Assembly: GCA_010909165.1 (NCBI GenBank)
Contig: VJWM01000044.1
Location: 868,001-932,000 of the forward strand
Origin: Anthoceros angustus
Lineage: Eukaryota > Plantae > Anthocerotophyta
DNA: 64,000 nt
Reading direction: 5' to 3'
The notes under the pieces were generated by a model that worked only from the letters and a program-made list of their open reading frames with translations, did not search any database and was not told where the DNA came from. The translations under genes were made by a program, and so were the position numbers. Positions 34,639 to 46,000 of the stretch are shown here, in pieces. How positions within the stretch are numbered: the stretch's first letter is position 1; each line of letters begins with the position of its first letter.

Positions 34639-37600
34639 ATGGGTACATTATGGCAACCGGATCCACTGTGGACCCATCCAATTGGTGGGTGTGCAGAGGT
34701 TCCAAAGGCAGCTCCCGCTCACCTCTCCTTAGGGGATCAGCCGCTGGCAAGCAATCAAGCCTCCAGGTGCAGCAGTGTCAGGAGCCCAGCGCTTGCGAGC
34801 AAATGGATGGCTGGGGAAGCATTTTCCAGCGATGCTGGTCGGGAGCAGGAGGTGGAGGTGGAGCGGGATCAGGAGCTCTTGTGGCGACAATTTTTTCTGG
34901 ACCCTTCCATGTGGTGGGATGATAGGCGAGGCAAGAAGAGCTCTCGTTTGCCTGACTTCCGGCGGAAGGGGTCCGGCGAGGTTCTCTGGTTAAGCAACTT
35001 GTCCAAGCCAGCTTGGGTGGATGAGCAGCTCGTTTCTTTGGATATGCAGATGGGTCGTGGCGACTCTCCTTCCAAGTCAAGCTCTCCGGGTAATTCTGAG
35101 CCTGGCAGGCGTGCAGGATCGAAAATGGGCGTCGTGTCAGCCGATACCGTGAGCATGTTATGTCAGCAGGGGAAGCTTACTGAAGCCGTTGGAGCTCTGG
35201 AAGCTCTGGCGCAGACAGACTGTCCTATTTCTCCGTCTCTCTTTTATACTGTGTTGAAACTGTGTGCAGCTAAGAAGGATATGGTTGTAGGGCGACGAGT
35301 GCATGACCTCACTGTTAAACTGGGATACGAGTCAAATACATTCTTGGGGAACCATATCTTGCGCATGTATGCATTGGGAGGTAGGCTACAGGAGGCCATG
35401 GATGTGTTCACCAGGGTGCGCAAACCAAATGCCTTCATGTGGTTTTCCATCATCTCCGCCTATGCTAAACATGGGAGACCGAATGAGGCCATACAACTGT
35501 ACCATGAGATGCGGAGCTCAGGTGTGGAGGGGGATGCTCACATCTTTGTAGCTGCCCTTCAAGCTTGTGCATTTGCTGCCGACTTGGAATCTGGCAGGAA
35601 GGTGCACTGTGATGTGTTGCACAGTGGCATTCCTCCTAGCTTGTTTGTTGGCAACTGCTTGGTGGACATGTATGCAAAATGTGGTGAACTGGACGATGCA
35701 CGCAGGGTCTTTGACAGCTTGACCACAAAGGATGTGGTGACATGGACGGCCCTGATATCTGGGTATGCTAATCGTGGCCTTGGCCAAGAGGCGCTTCTTC
35801 TGTATGGACAAATGGAGGAGGAGGGCCTGATTGTAGGTAACCATGTTACTTTTGCTTGCCTTCTTAAGGCCTGTGCAACCGCTGGTGCCTTACAAAAGGG
35901 CAGGGAGCTGCACTCCCAGATTGTGGAAAGAGGACAGGTAGATAACATACTGGTAGGCAACTGCCTGGTGGACATGTATGTAAAATGTGGTGAGCTTCCA
36001 GATGCACGCAGGGTTTTTGACAACCTATCCGCAAAGGATGTGGTGACATGGACGACCCTGATAGCTGGGTATGCAGCAAGGGCTCGCCAAGAGGCGCTTG
36101 TGCTGTACGGAAAAATGGAGCAAGAGGGCCTCGTTGTGGCTGACGAGGTTACGTTTGCTTGCCTTCTGAAGGCCTGTGCAAGCGCTGGTGCCTTACAGAA
36201 GGGCAGGCAGCTGCACTCAGAGATCGTGGAAAGAGGTCAATTAGAGAACGTACTGGTGGGCAACTGCCTGGTGGACATGTATGCAAAATGTGGCGAATTA
36301 GCAGAGGCACGCCAGGTCTTTGACAGCTTGGCCACAAAAAATGTGGTAACATGGAATGCCTTGATTGCTGGGTATGCAGCAAGGGCTCGCCAAGAGGCGC
36401 TGGCTCTGTATGGACAAATGGAGCTGGAGGGCTTGATTGTGGCTGACCATGTTACTTTTGCTTGCCTTCTGAAGGCCTGTGCAAGCGCTGGTGCCTTACA
36501 GAAGGGCAGGCAGCTGCACTCAGAGATCGTGGAAAGAGGGCAGCTAGATAACATTGTCTTGGCCAACTGCCTGGTGGACATGTATGCAAAATGTGGCGAA
36601 TTAGCAGAGGCACGCCAGGTCTTTGACAGCTTGGCCACAAAAAATGTGGTAACATGGAATGCCTTGATCGCTGGGTATGTGCAGCAAGGGCTCGGCCAAG
36701 AGGCACTTGTGCTGTACGGAAAAATGGAGCAAGAGGGCCTCGTTGTGGCTGACGAGGTTACGTTTGCTTGCCTTTTGAAGGCTTGTGCAAGTGCTAATGA
36801 TTTACAAACGGGCAGGCAGCTGCACTTAGAGATTGTGGAAAGAGGGCAGCTAGATAACATTGTCTTGGCCAACTGCCTGGTGGACATGTATGCAAAATTT
36901 GGTGAACTAGAAGAGGCACGCCAGGTTTTTGATAGCTTGGCCACAAAGGATGTGGTGACATGGACGGCCCTGATTGCTGGGTATGCACAGGAAGGTATGG
37001 GCCAAGAGGCACTTGCTCTATATGGACAAATAGAGCAGGAGGGCCTGATTGTGGCTGACGAGGCTACTTTTGCTTGCCTTCTTAAGGCCTGTGGGAGTGC
37101 CGGTGCCTTACAGAAGGGGCGGCAGCTGCACTCACAGATCGTGGAAACTGGACAGCTAGGTAGCAAAGTTTTGGGCAACTGCCTGGTGGACATGTATGCG
37201 AAGTGTGGCGAACTGAAAGAGGCACGCCGGGTTTTTGACAGCCTGGCCACAAAGGATGTGGTGACATGGACCGCCCTGATCGGCGGGTTTGGTAGTTGTG
37301 ATGAAGGCCAAAACGCACGAGCTTGTTTTGAGGAGATGTTAGTGGCGGGTGTTCAGCCTGATGATGCTACTTTCACTTGCCTTCTAGTAGCCTGCAGTCA
37401 TGGGGGGCTGGTGAAAGAGGGTCGCAAGCACTTTGATTCCATGGTTGAACAGCATGGCATCAAACCTACAGTTGAGCATTACAATTGCATGATTGATCTT
37501 CTTGGGCGTGCAGGCCAGTTAGATGAGGCAGAGGACATGCTATTATCATCTGAGAGCCAAAGCAATGCCGTGGGTTTAACTACTTTGCTGAATGCCAGCA

Positions 37601-38172
37601 AAAATCACGGGGACATACATAGGGCGACCAGGTGTTTCGAACGCCTGGTTCGACTGGAGCCTCAGTGTGCATCTGCATATGTGCTCATGGCCAATGCCTA
37701 TGCAGATGCAGGTAGGTGGACCGATGTAGAAAGGATTGAAGCACAGAGAATTGCAGCAGGAGCTAACAAGAAACCCGCAGTGGCGGGCATTGAGGTGAAA
37801 CAGCAGGTACATACATTTGTGGTGGGAGAACACAGAGGTGATATTGCACTCAAGCTAGAGAGCGTGAATGCACGTCTGAAGCATGAAGGGGGGCACGTAC
37901 CACACACAAACTTGGTGTTGAAGCCACTGTCGGAGAAGGAAAAGGAGGATGCGCTTTGTGGGCATGCTGAGAAGCTAGCTCTGGCTTTTGGTCTCTTGAA
38001 CACTCCCAGTGGCACTCCTCTGGTGGTAACGAAGAATCTACGCATGTGCAGTGACTGCCACAGTTCCACCGAGATCATGTCAAGGGTTGAAAAGAGAGAC
38101 ATTGTTGTAAGGGATGGGTACCGAGTGCACCGATTCGCAGATGGTTGTTGCAGCTGTGAGGGTCGACCGTGA
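34639..38172 (+). CDS. Intronless PLS-class PPR protein: PDF-like motif, 23 PPR motifs, E1-E2, DYW:KP domain ending GRP (candidate organellar U-to-C editing factor); true start may lie upstream
   Basis: Repeated P-L-S triplets; KKPAVAGIEV in place of the PG box; CGHAEKLA..KNLRMCSDCH deaminase signature; ends CSCEGRP*. Confidence 0.95.
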   Translation: MGTLWQPDPLWTHPIGGCAEVPKAAPAHLSLGDQPLASNQASRCSSVRSPALASKWMAGEAFSSDAGREQEVEVERDQELLWRQFFLDPSMWWDDRRGKKSSRLPDFRRKGSGEVLWLSNLSKPAWVDEQLVSLDMQMGRGDSPSKSSSPGNSEPGRRAGSKMGVVSADTVSMLCQQGKLTEAVGALEALAQTDCPISPSLFYTVLKLCAAKKDMVVGRRVHDLTVKLGYESNTFLGNHILRMYALGGRLQEAMDVFTRVRKPNAFMWFSIISAYAKHGRPNEAIQLYHEMRSSGVEGDAHIFVAALQACAFAADLESGRKVHCDVLHSGIPPSLFVGNCLVDMYAKCGELDDARRVFDSLTTKDVVTWTALISGYANRGLGQEALLLYGQMEEEGLIVGNHVTFACLLKACATAGALQKGRELHSQIVERGQVDNILVGNCLVDMYVKCGELPDARRVFDNLSAKDVVTWTTLIAGYAARARQEALVLYGKMEQEGLVVADEVTFACLLKACASAGALQKGRQLHSEIVERGQLENVLVGNCLVDMYAKCGELAEARQVFDSLATKNVVTWNALIAGYAARARQEALALYGQMELEGLIVADHVTFACLLKACASAGALQKGRQLHSEIVERGQLDNIVLANCLVDMYAKCGELAEARQVFDSLATKNVVTWNALIAGYVQQGLGQEALVLYGKMEQEGLVVADEVTFACLLKACASANDLQTGRQLHLEIVERGQLDNIVLANCLVDMYAKFGELEEARQVFDSLATKDVVTWTALIAGYAQEGMGQEALALYGQIEQEGLIVADEATFACLLKACGSAGALQKGRQLHSQIVETGQLGSKVLGNCLVDMYAKCGELKEARRVFDSLATKDVVTWTALIGGFGSCDEGQNARACFEEMLVAGVQPDDATFTCLLVACSHGGLVKEGRKHFDSMVEQHGIKPTVEHYNCMIDLLGRAGQLDEAEDMLLSSESQSNAVGLTTLLNASKNHGDIHRATRCFERLVRLEPQCASAYVLMANAYADAGRWTDVERIEAQRIAAGANKKPAVAGIEVKQQVHTFVVGEHRGDIALKLESVNARLKHEGGHVPHTNLVLKPLSEKEKEDALCGHAEKLALAFGLLNTPSGTPLVVTKNLRMCSDCHSSTEIMSRVEKRDIVVRDGYRVHRFADGCCSCEGRP

Positions 38173-38959
38173 GTATGATGAAGAAGTAGCCAGTGCCCAG
38201 CAGGCAGTGGCTTGTGGAATGGGGAAGTCCATATTGCCCGGAAACAGTTGTCGGTTCCCATGGGAGATGGGGCGCTGTGACACAGGTGACTGGGCCAATG
38301 ATCTTCGGTGTACCTGTACCGGTTCCTGTAAAACCATATTCCTCTCTGATGTTCAAGCGCACTTGTCCACGACCAGTTTATCGTACGGGTTAGGCTGGAT
38401 ATGTTAACCTGCTATGGTACGTGTTCCGTAGAAAACCTATTGTTGCTTCGTCGTACCTATTATGTTTATGATCTATGTAGACTCTTTTGCAATTTGGGTG
38501 ATATCCTCTTCGTTGAGAGAATTAATCCTCCTCTCGGACGACACATGGCTTGAGCACTGTATGCGTGGTGGGATGTATAACCCTAATTTGATGGATTCGT
38601 AGGCTCTCTAATTTAGTGGATTAGTGGGCTCTCTAACTTGTGATTCGTGGGCTCTGCAATTTGGAGCGTTCATGGCTTCTTTGATTTGATGCATCCCAGG
38701 CTTTGATTTGATGTTTGTCCGAATTGCTTAGTCCAAATGGACACACATTGATAGGAATAAGAACGTGGTGATCAAGCATCCTGAGCTTAGATGGGTACTT
38801 AGATGGGGTGCCTATAGGAAGTGGATGCCCTTGGTGCAAGTAGCTTAGGCACACCATGGTACAAGTTGGTAAGTACCAAGTCCCATGACGAAAATCCGTC
38901 TTTAGTGAACTTAAATAAAATTCTTCTTCTTCGGATTAGACTGCATGCCCCCAATAAGT

Positions 38960-39480
38960 TTTGGTTTCTATGGTGGAATGTTTTTGGTCACTAGATTCAA
39001 CTGCTTTTGGTCACGGATGAAATGCATTTGGTGACTAAATTCAATGAAATGCATTTGGTGACTAAATTCAACGGCTTTTAAAATGGTGGAAAGCTTTTGG
39101 TCCTAATCAACTACTTTCAAATGGTGGAATGCTTTGGTCACTATATTCAACTCTTTTGGTCATGGTGGAATGTCCTTACCAAGTGAATACCTGAATCTCC
39201 TTGTTGGATGCGTGTTGGATACCTTCTCGAACGACAACATCTTGGGGGCGGTTGGGGGGTTATAGGGTAGATTAATGCGGGGGCACGCCCCCCCTAGTGC
39301 ACCATCGTGGGTTGTCCCCTTTCGCCTCCGGGTAGATGGGATCCCTTTCGCCTCCAGGTAGATGGGATTTCCTAGGTCTCGTTCATTATAAAGTCTCCAC
39401 ATTCCGTTGGATGCGTGTGAAGGATCCCTTTTGTACACGTACCTGGATCTCCTTGTTGGGTGCATGTGTAGGATACCTTT
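38960..39480. repeat. Degenerate short-repeat-rich spacer, probably TE-derived
   Basis: 27-bp exact duplication at 39017-39070, a 26-bp duplication near 39320-39370, and recurring TTTTGGTCAC..ATTCAAC units. Confidence 0.6.
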
Positions 39481-40053
39481 TGTACTTTTAGTATATTGCT
39501 GATGTAAACCGTCACCTGGACCAAGGCAAAGATGATTGATTGCCTTCTCACCTGTTCAGTGAATTTCTAGAGAAGAAGAGGTCTATTTTAGTCTACTTGG
39601 ACGGAATTTCCCTATCATGGAACTTGGCCATGGACCTTTAGGGCAAAACGGGTTTGATTGCCCTCTCGTTTGAGCTTTTTCTACAGGCAATGAACAACTT
39701 GTCTGCCTCAACTTACAGCCCCAGTTAAATTCCTGTATCACCATGCACCACGCTCTGCGCAGATCAGTCACAAAGCTGTTCCCACACCATCTGAGAGAGT
39801 TTGTAAGATAACTTCTCTCGTGTTCCAGCAATTTGAGTGTTCCAGCAATTTGAGGATAAGCCTCAAGGCCAGTGACGCCTGCAGATCTTATGAAGAGCTT
39901 GGTATCTGCATGCGTCACCGAACTTAAGGCATATCCTCAATTTGTGGAAGGTAGAGCGTTCCAGGCATGATCCCATATTTGGCAATCAACGTTCTTTCTA
40001 TGGTTCGGAGGACTGGAATCTATTTTTCTTTGTTCAAGCTTTCAATATCCCGT

Positions 40054-43000
40054 TTATGATGCGGAAGCCACAGGTTGGAGTTCCCCCGAAACTTCCCCTT
40101 GCGAGACACCCATTGCGGGTAAATACCCCTCTGTCATGACTTCAGGAACCAGCTGTTTCAGCCCCGCATGTACAACATCACTCTCCGAAAGCTTGCTATC
40201 CCCGACAACAAAACTGTGCACCAAACCATCTATGTCTGTCCACCAGCTTTGCCCTGGCTGCTTCCATGCCCCGTTTCCTTTTCTCCTCTCATGCATCTCA
40301 TGTGCCTCCTCCCACATCTGGGCACCCTTGTATATGTTCGCCATTGCCACATATGCTCCAGCATTCTTGTCATCTAGCTTCAGTGCTTCATGGAATGCAT
40401 AGCGCCCTACCTCCACGTTCCCCCACTTCCGGCAAGCGCCCAATAAAGTGTGCCAAACTGCATCAACAGGCTCTACAGGCATTGCCCTCGCCACTGCTAG
40501 TGCATCTTCAAGCTGGCCAGCACGACCCAGGAGATCCACCATGCATGCATAGTGTTCGGCAGTGGGAGTGATGCCATACTGTCTGCCCATGGCCTCAAAG
40601 TACTCTTGTCCCTTGTTCACACAACCCACATGACTGCATACTGTGAGTACAGAAAGGAAGGTGATGCCGTCTGGCTGCAGGCTATCCTCTCTCATTCCCT
40701 GAACCAAGTCAAAGACGGCTTCGCTGTCTCCTTGACGGGTGTATCCAGCAATCAGTGCATTCCATGCGACCATCTGCCTTTCCGGTAGTGAATCAAACAC
40801 CTTCTGAGCATCAACCATGCTCCCACACTTTGCATACATGTTTATCAAACTGTTGCCCAGAGCTAAATCATCTTGAAGTCCTTGTTCTTCAATCTGCACA
40901 TGCAGGTGCCTTCCCGCATGCAAAGCTGCCACACCTGCACAGGCCTGAAGCAGGCAAACAAATGTCACAGAATTGGGTGGCCCAATACCTCCTTGTTGCA
41001 TGGCACTGTAAAGACCAAGGGCTTCCTGACCCATGCCCTGCTGGGCATATCCTGCGATCATGGCATTCCATGTCACCACATCTTTTTGCACAAGCCCATC
41101 AAACAAACTCTGCGCAGCTCCAAGGCTGCCACACTTTGCATACATGTTTATCAAACTGTTGGCTACAAACTCATCAACCTCAAGCCCCTGTTGTTTAACC
41201 TGTGCATGAAGCTGCTTACCCTTCTCCAAAGCCAGGGCTCCCACACTTGCACATGCCTGCAGGAGGCAGACAAACGTCACAGAATCAGGTGCTGTGATGC
41301 CCTCTTCTTGCATGGCACTATAAAGACTGAGGGCTTCCTGGCCCATGCATTGCTGTGAATATCCTGCTATCATGGAATTCCATGTCACCACATCTTTCAG
41401 CACAAGACCGTCAAACAAACTCTGTGCATCCTCAAGGCCGCCACACTTTGCATACATGTTTATCAAACTGTTGACTACAAATTCATCCGCCTGAAGCCCT
41501 TGCTCTCTAATTTGTGTGTGAAGCTCCCTACCCTTCTCCAGAGCCAGGGCACCGACACTTGCACATGCTTGCAGGAGGCACACAAATGTCAGCGGGTCTG
41601 GCGCAGTGGTTCCTTCCTGCATGGCACTGTACAGACTAAGGGCTTCCTGGCCCATGCCTTGCTGCGAATATCCTGCTATGATACCATTCCAAATTACTAC
41701 ATCTTTGTGAACAAGTTCATCAAACACACTCCGAGCAACCTGTAAGTTGCCACACTTTGCATACATCCTGATAAGACTGGAACCTATAAATGCATCGGCC
41801 TGAAGCCCTTGTTCCTCAATCTGCAAGTGAAGCTGTTTCCCCTTGTCCAAGGCAACAGTACCCAAACTTGCACATGCCTGGAGGAGCCGGACAAATGTCA
41901 CAGCATCGGGTGCAGCAGTGCCTTTTTCTTGCATTGCGTTGTATGCATCAAGGGCCTCCTGACCCATGCCTTGCTGGACATATCCTGCTATCATGGAATT
42001 CCAGGTAACAACATCCTTTTCATCGAGCCCATCAAACACGCTCTGGGCATCCTCCATGCTGCCACACTTGGCATACATGTTCACTAGCCTCCAGCTGATA
42101 TCCACATCAACCTGAAGTCCACGTTGTTTAATCTCTGCATGAAGCTGCTTCCCCTTCTCCAATGCTCGGGCACCAACACCTGCACATGCCTGCAAGAGGC
42201 ACAAAAATGTCACAGAGTTAGGTGCAGTGGTCCCTTCTTCCTGCATAGCGTTGTAAAGATGAAGGGCTTCTTCACCCATGCCCTGCTGGGAATATCCAGC
42301 TATCATGGCATTCCATGTAATCACGTCTTTTGACCCATTCCATCAAACACCCTCTGCCCATCCTGTACACTGCCACACTTCGCATACATGTGTACTAGGC
42401 TGCTACCAACGACCACATCAGCCTGACATCTTTGTTCTTCAATCTGTGCATGAAGATGCTTCCCCTTCTCTAATGCCGAAGTACCTATACATGCACATGC
42501 TTGCAGGAGGCACACAAATGTGACAGAATCAGGTACAACACTGCCTTCTTCTTCCATAGCAGAGTACAGGCGAAGGGCTTCCTGCCCCTGCCCTGCTGGG
42601 AATATCCAGCTATCATGGCGTTCCACATCACCACTTCCTTTCGACAGAGTCCATCAAACACACTTTGGGCATCCTCTAGGCTCCCACACTTTGCATACAT
42701 GTTTAACAAACTGTTGGCTACAAATGCATCAGTATGAAGACCTTTTCTTCAATCTCTGCATGTAGCTCCTTCCCTTCTCCAAAGCCATTCTACCCACACT
42801 TGCACAAGCTTGCAATAGAGACACAAACGTCACAGAATCGAGTGCAGCAATGCCGTCTAGTTGCATACCACTGTAAAGTCGAAGAGCTTCCTGACCCATC
42901 CCATGCTGAGAGTATCCTGCTATCAGGGCATTCCACGTCACCACATCTTTTCGGCCAAGTCCATCAAAAAGTCTCTGGGCATCCTCTAGGCTGCCACATT

Positions 43001-46000
43001 GTGCATACATGTTTATTAAGCTGTTTCCCTTGTCCAAGGCAACAGTACCCAAACTTGCACATGCCTGGAGGAGCCGGACAAATGTCACAGCATCGGGTGC
43101 AGCAGTGCCTTTTTCTTGCATTGCGTTGTATGCATCAAGGGCCTCCTGACCCATGCCTTGCTGGACATATCCTGCTATCATGGAATTCCAGGTAACAACA
43201 TCCTTTTCATCGAGCCCATCAAACACGCTCTGGGCATCCTCCATGCTGCCACACTTGGCATACATGTTCACTAGCCTCCAGCTGATATCCACATCAACCT
43301 GAAGTCCACGTTGTTTAATCTCTGCATGAAGCTGCTTCCCCTTCTCCAATGCTCGGGCACCAACACCTGCACATGCCTGCAAGAGGCACAAAAATGTCAC
43401 AGAGTTAGGTGCAGTGGTCCCTTCTTCCTGCATAGCGTTGTAAAGATGAAGGGCTTCTTCACCCATGCCCTGCTGGCAGTATCCTGCTATCATGGCATTC
43501 CATGTAATCACGTCTTTTTGACCCATTCCATCAAACACCCTCTGCCCATCCTGTACACTGCCACACTTCGCATACATGTGTACTAGGCTGCTACCAACGA
43601 CCACATCAGCCTGACATCTTTGTTCTTCAATCTGTGCATGAAGATGCTTCCCCTTCTCTAATGCCGAAGTACCTATACATGCACATGCTTGCAGGAGGCA
43701 CACAAATGTGACAGAATCAGGTACAACACTGCCTTCTTCTTCCATAGCAGAGTACAGGCGAAGGGCTTCCTGCCCCCTGCCCTGCTGGGAATATCCAGCT
43801 ATCATGGCGTTCCACATCACCACTTCCTTTCGACAGAGTCCATCAAACACACTTTGGGCATCCTCTAGGCTCCCACACTTTGCATACATGTTTAACAAAC
43901 TGTTGGCTACAAATGCATCAGTATGAAGACCTTTTTCTTCAATCTCTGCATGTAGCTCCTTCCCCTTCTCCAAAGCCATTCTACCCACACTTGCACAAGC
44001 TTGCAATAGAGACACAAACGTCACAGAATCGAGTGCAGCAATGCCGTCTAGTTGCATACCACTGTAAAGTCGAAGAGCTTCCTGACCCATCCCATGCTGA
44101 GAGTATCCTGCTATCAGGGCATTCCACGTCACCACATCTTTTCGGCCAAGTCCATCAAAAAGTCTCTGGGCATCCTCTAGGCTGCCACATTGTGCATACA
44201 TGTTTATTAAGCTGTTGGCTACAAACACATCAGCTTGAAGCCCTTGTTCTTCAATCTGCACATGAAGTTGCTTCCCCATCTTCAAAGCCACGGCCCCCAA
44301 ACTTGCACATGCCTTCAGGAGGCATACAAATGTCACAGCATCCGGTTCAACAGAGCCTTCTTGCATACTGGTGTACACGTGAAGGGCTTCCTGACCCATG
44401 CCCTGCTGCGAGTATCCTGCTATGATAGCATTCCACGTCACTACATCCTTGTGCACAAGTCCATCGAATACGTTCTGAGCATCCTGTATGCTGCCACACT
44501 TTCCATACATGTTCACCAAGCTGCTCCCTATGACGAAGTCACCCTGAAGTCCTTGTTCATCTATCTGTAAATGAAGCTGCTTTCCCTTATCTAAAGCTGC
44601 AGCACCCAAACTTGCACAGGCTTGCAGGAGGCACACAAATGTTACAGTATCAGGTACAGTGATGCCTTCTTGTTCCATAGCCCTGAAACAAAGAAGAGCT
44701 TCTTGACCCATGCCCTGTTGAGAATATCCCGCTATTAGGGCATTCCACATCACAATATCCTTATCAGAAAGTCCATCAAACACGCACTGGGCATCCTCTA
44801 GGCTGCCACACTTTGCATACATGTTGATCAAACTGTTGGCTACGAAAGCATCAGTTACAAGCCCTTGTCCTTCTATTTGTGTGTGAATATGCTTCCCCGT
44901 CCCCAATGCTGACCATCCTAGAGCTGCACATGCCTGCAGGAGGCGCACGAACGTCACAGAATCAGGAGCAGTATGGCCTTCTTTTTGCATCGCGCTGTAA
45001 AGATCAAGGGCTTCCTGAGCCATGCCCTGCTGGGAATATCCTGCTATTAGGGCGGTCCACATTACTGCATTTTTTTGTGAGAAGCTGTCAAACACGGTCT
45101 GAGCATCCTGTACGCTGCCACACTTTGCATACATATTTACCAGGCTGCAACCTACAACTATATCATCCTCAAGTTCTCGTTCTTTTAGCTGTTCATGAAG
45201 ATGCTTACCGTTTTGCAAAGCTGATGTACCCACACTTGCACATGCCTGCAGGAGGCACACAAACGTGACAGCATCAGGTGCAGTGATTCCTTCTTCTAGC
45301 ATAGCACTGTAAAGGTCAAGCGCTTCCTGGCCCAGGCCCTGCTGGGAATATCCCGCAATCAAAGTGGTCCATGTCACGACATCTTTTTTACTAAGCCAGT
45401 CAAATGAGCTTCGGGCATCCTCTAAGCTGCCACACTTGCTATACATGTTTATTATACCGTTGGCTACAGTCACATCAGCTTGAAGTCCTCTCTCTCCAAT
45501 CTGTGCGTGTATCTGCTTCCCATTCTCCAAAGCAGGAGGACCCACAGTCGCACATGCCTGGAGGAGGCACACAAACGTCACACAATTCGGTGCCGCTACG
45601 CCTTCTTCTTGCATCGCACTGTAGACATGCAGGGCTTCCTTGCCCATGCCCTGCTGGGAATATCCTACGATCAAAGCTGTCCAGGTCACCACGGTTTTTC
45701 GAGAGAGACAGTCAAATACACTCTGAGCAGTCGGAAGGCTGCCACACTTTGCATACATGTTTACCAGGCTGCAACCTATAGACACATCAGCCTCAAGTCC
45801 TCGGTCTTCAATCTGTCTATGAAGCTCCTTTCCGATCTCCATACCTGGGGTGCCTAGACTTGCACATGCCTGAAGGAGGCATACAAATGTGACAGAATCC
45901 GGCATAGTGATGCCTTCTTGTTGCATACTAGTGTAAAGGCAAAGGGTCTCCTGCCCCATTCCCTGCTGGGAATACCCTGTCATCATGGAATTCCACGTAA

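Noticed and set aside
36237-37250. 337-aa minus-strand ORF and many ORFs antisense to both PPR genes
   Set aside because: Shadow frames produced by repetitive PPR coding sequence
38633-38857. VCPFGLSNS resembling the RT motif MPFGL.NA
   Set aside because: Single short motif with no supporting flanking RT motifs
39583-40050. Possible frameshifted remainder of the DYW domain of the minus-strand PPR
   Set aside because: No HxE or CxxC in any frame; NSLRWCGN only weakly resembles KNLR.C.DC
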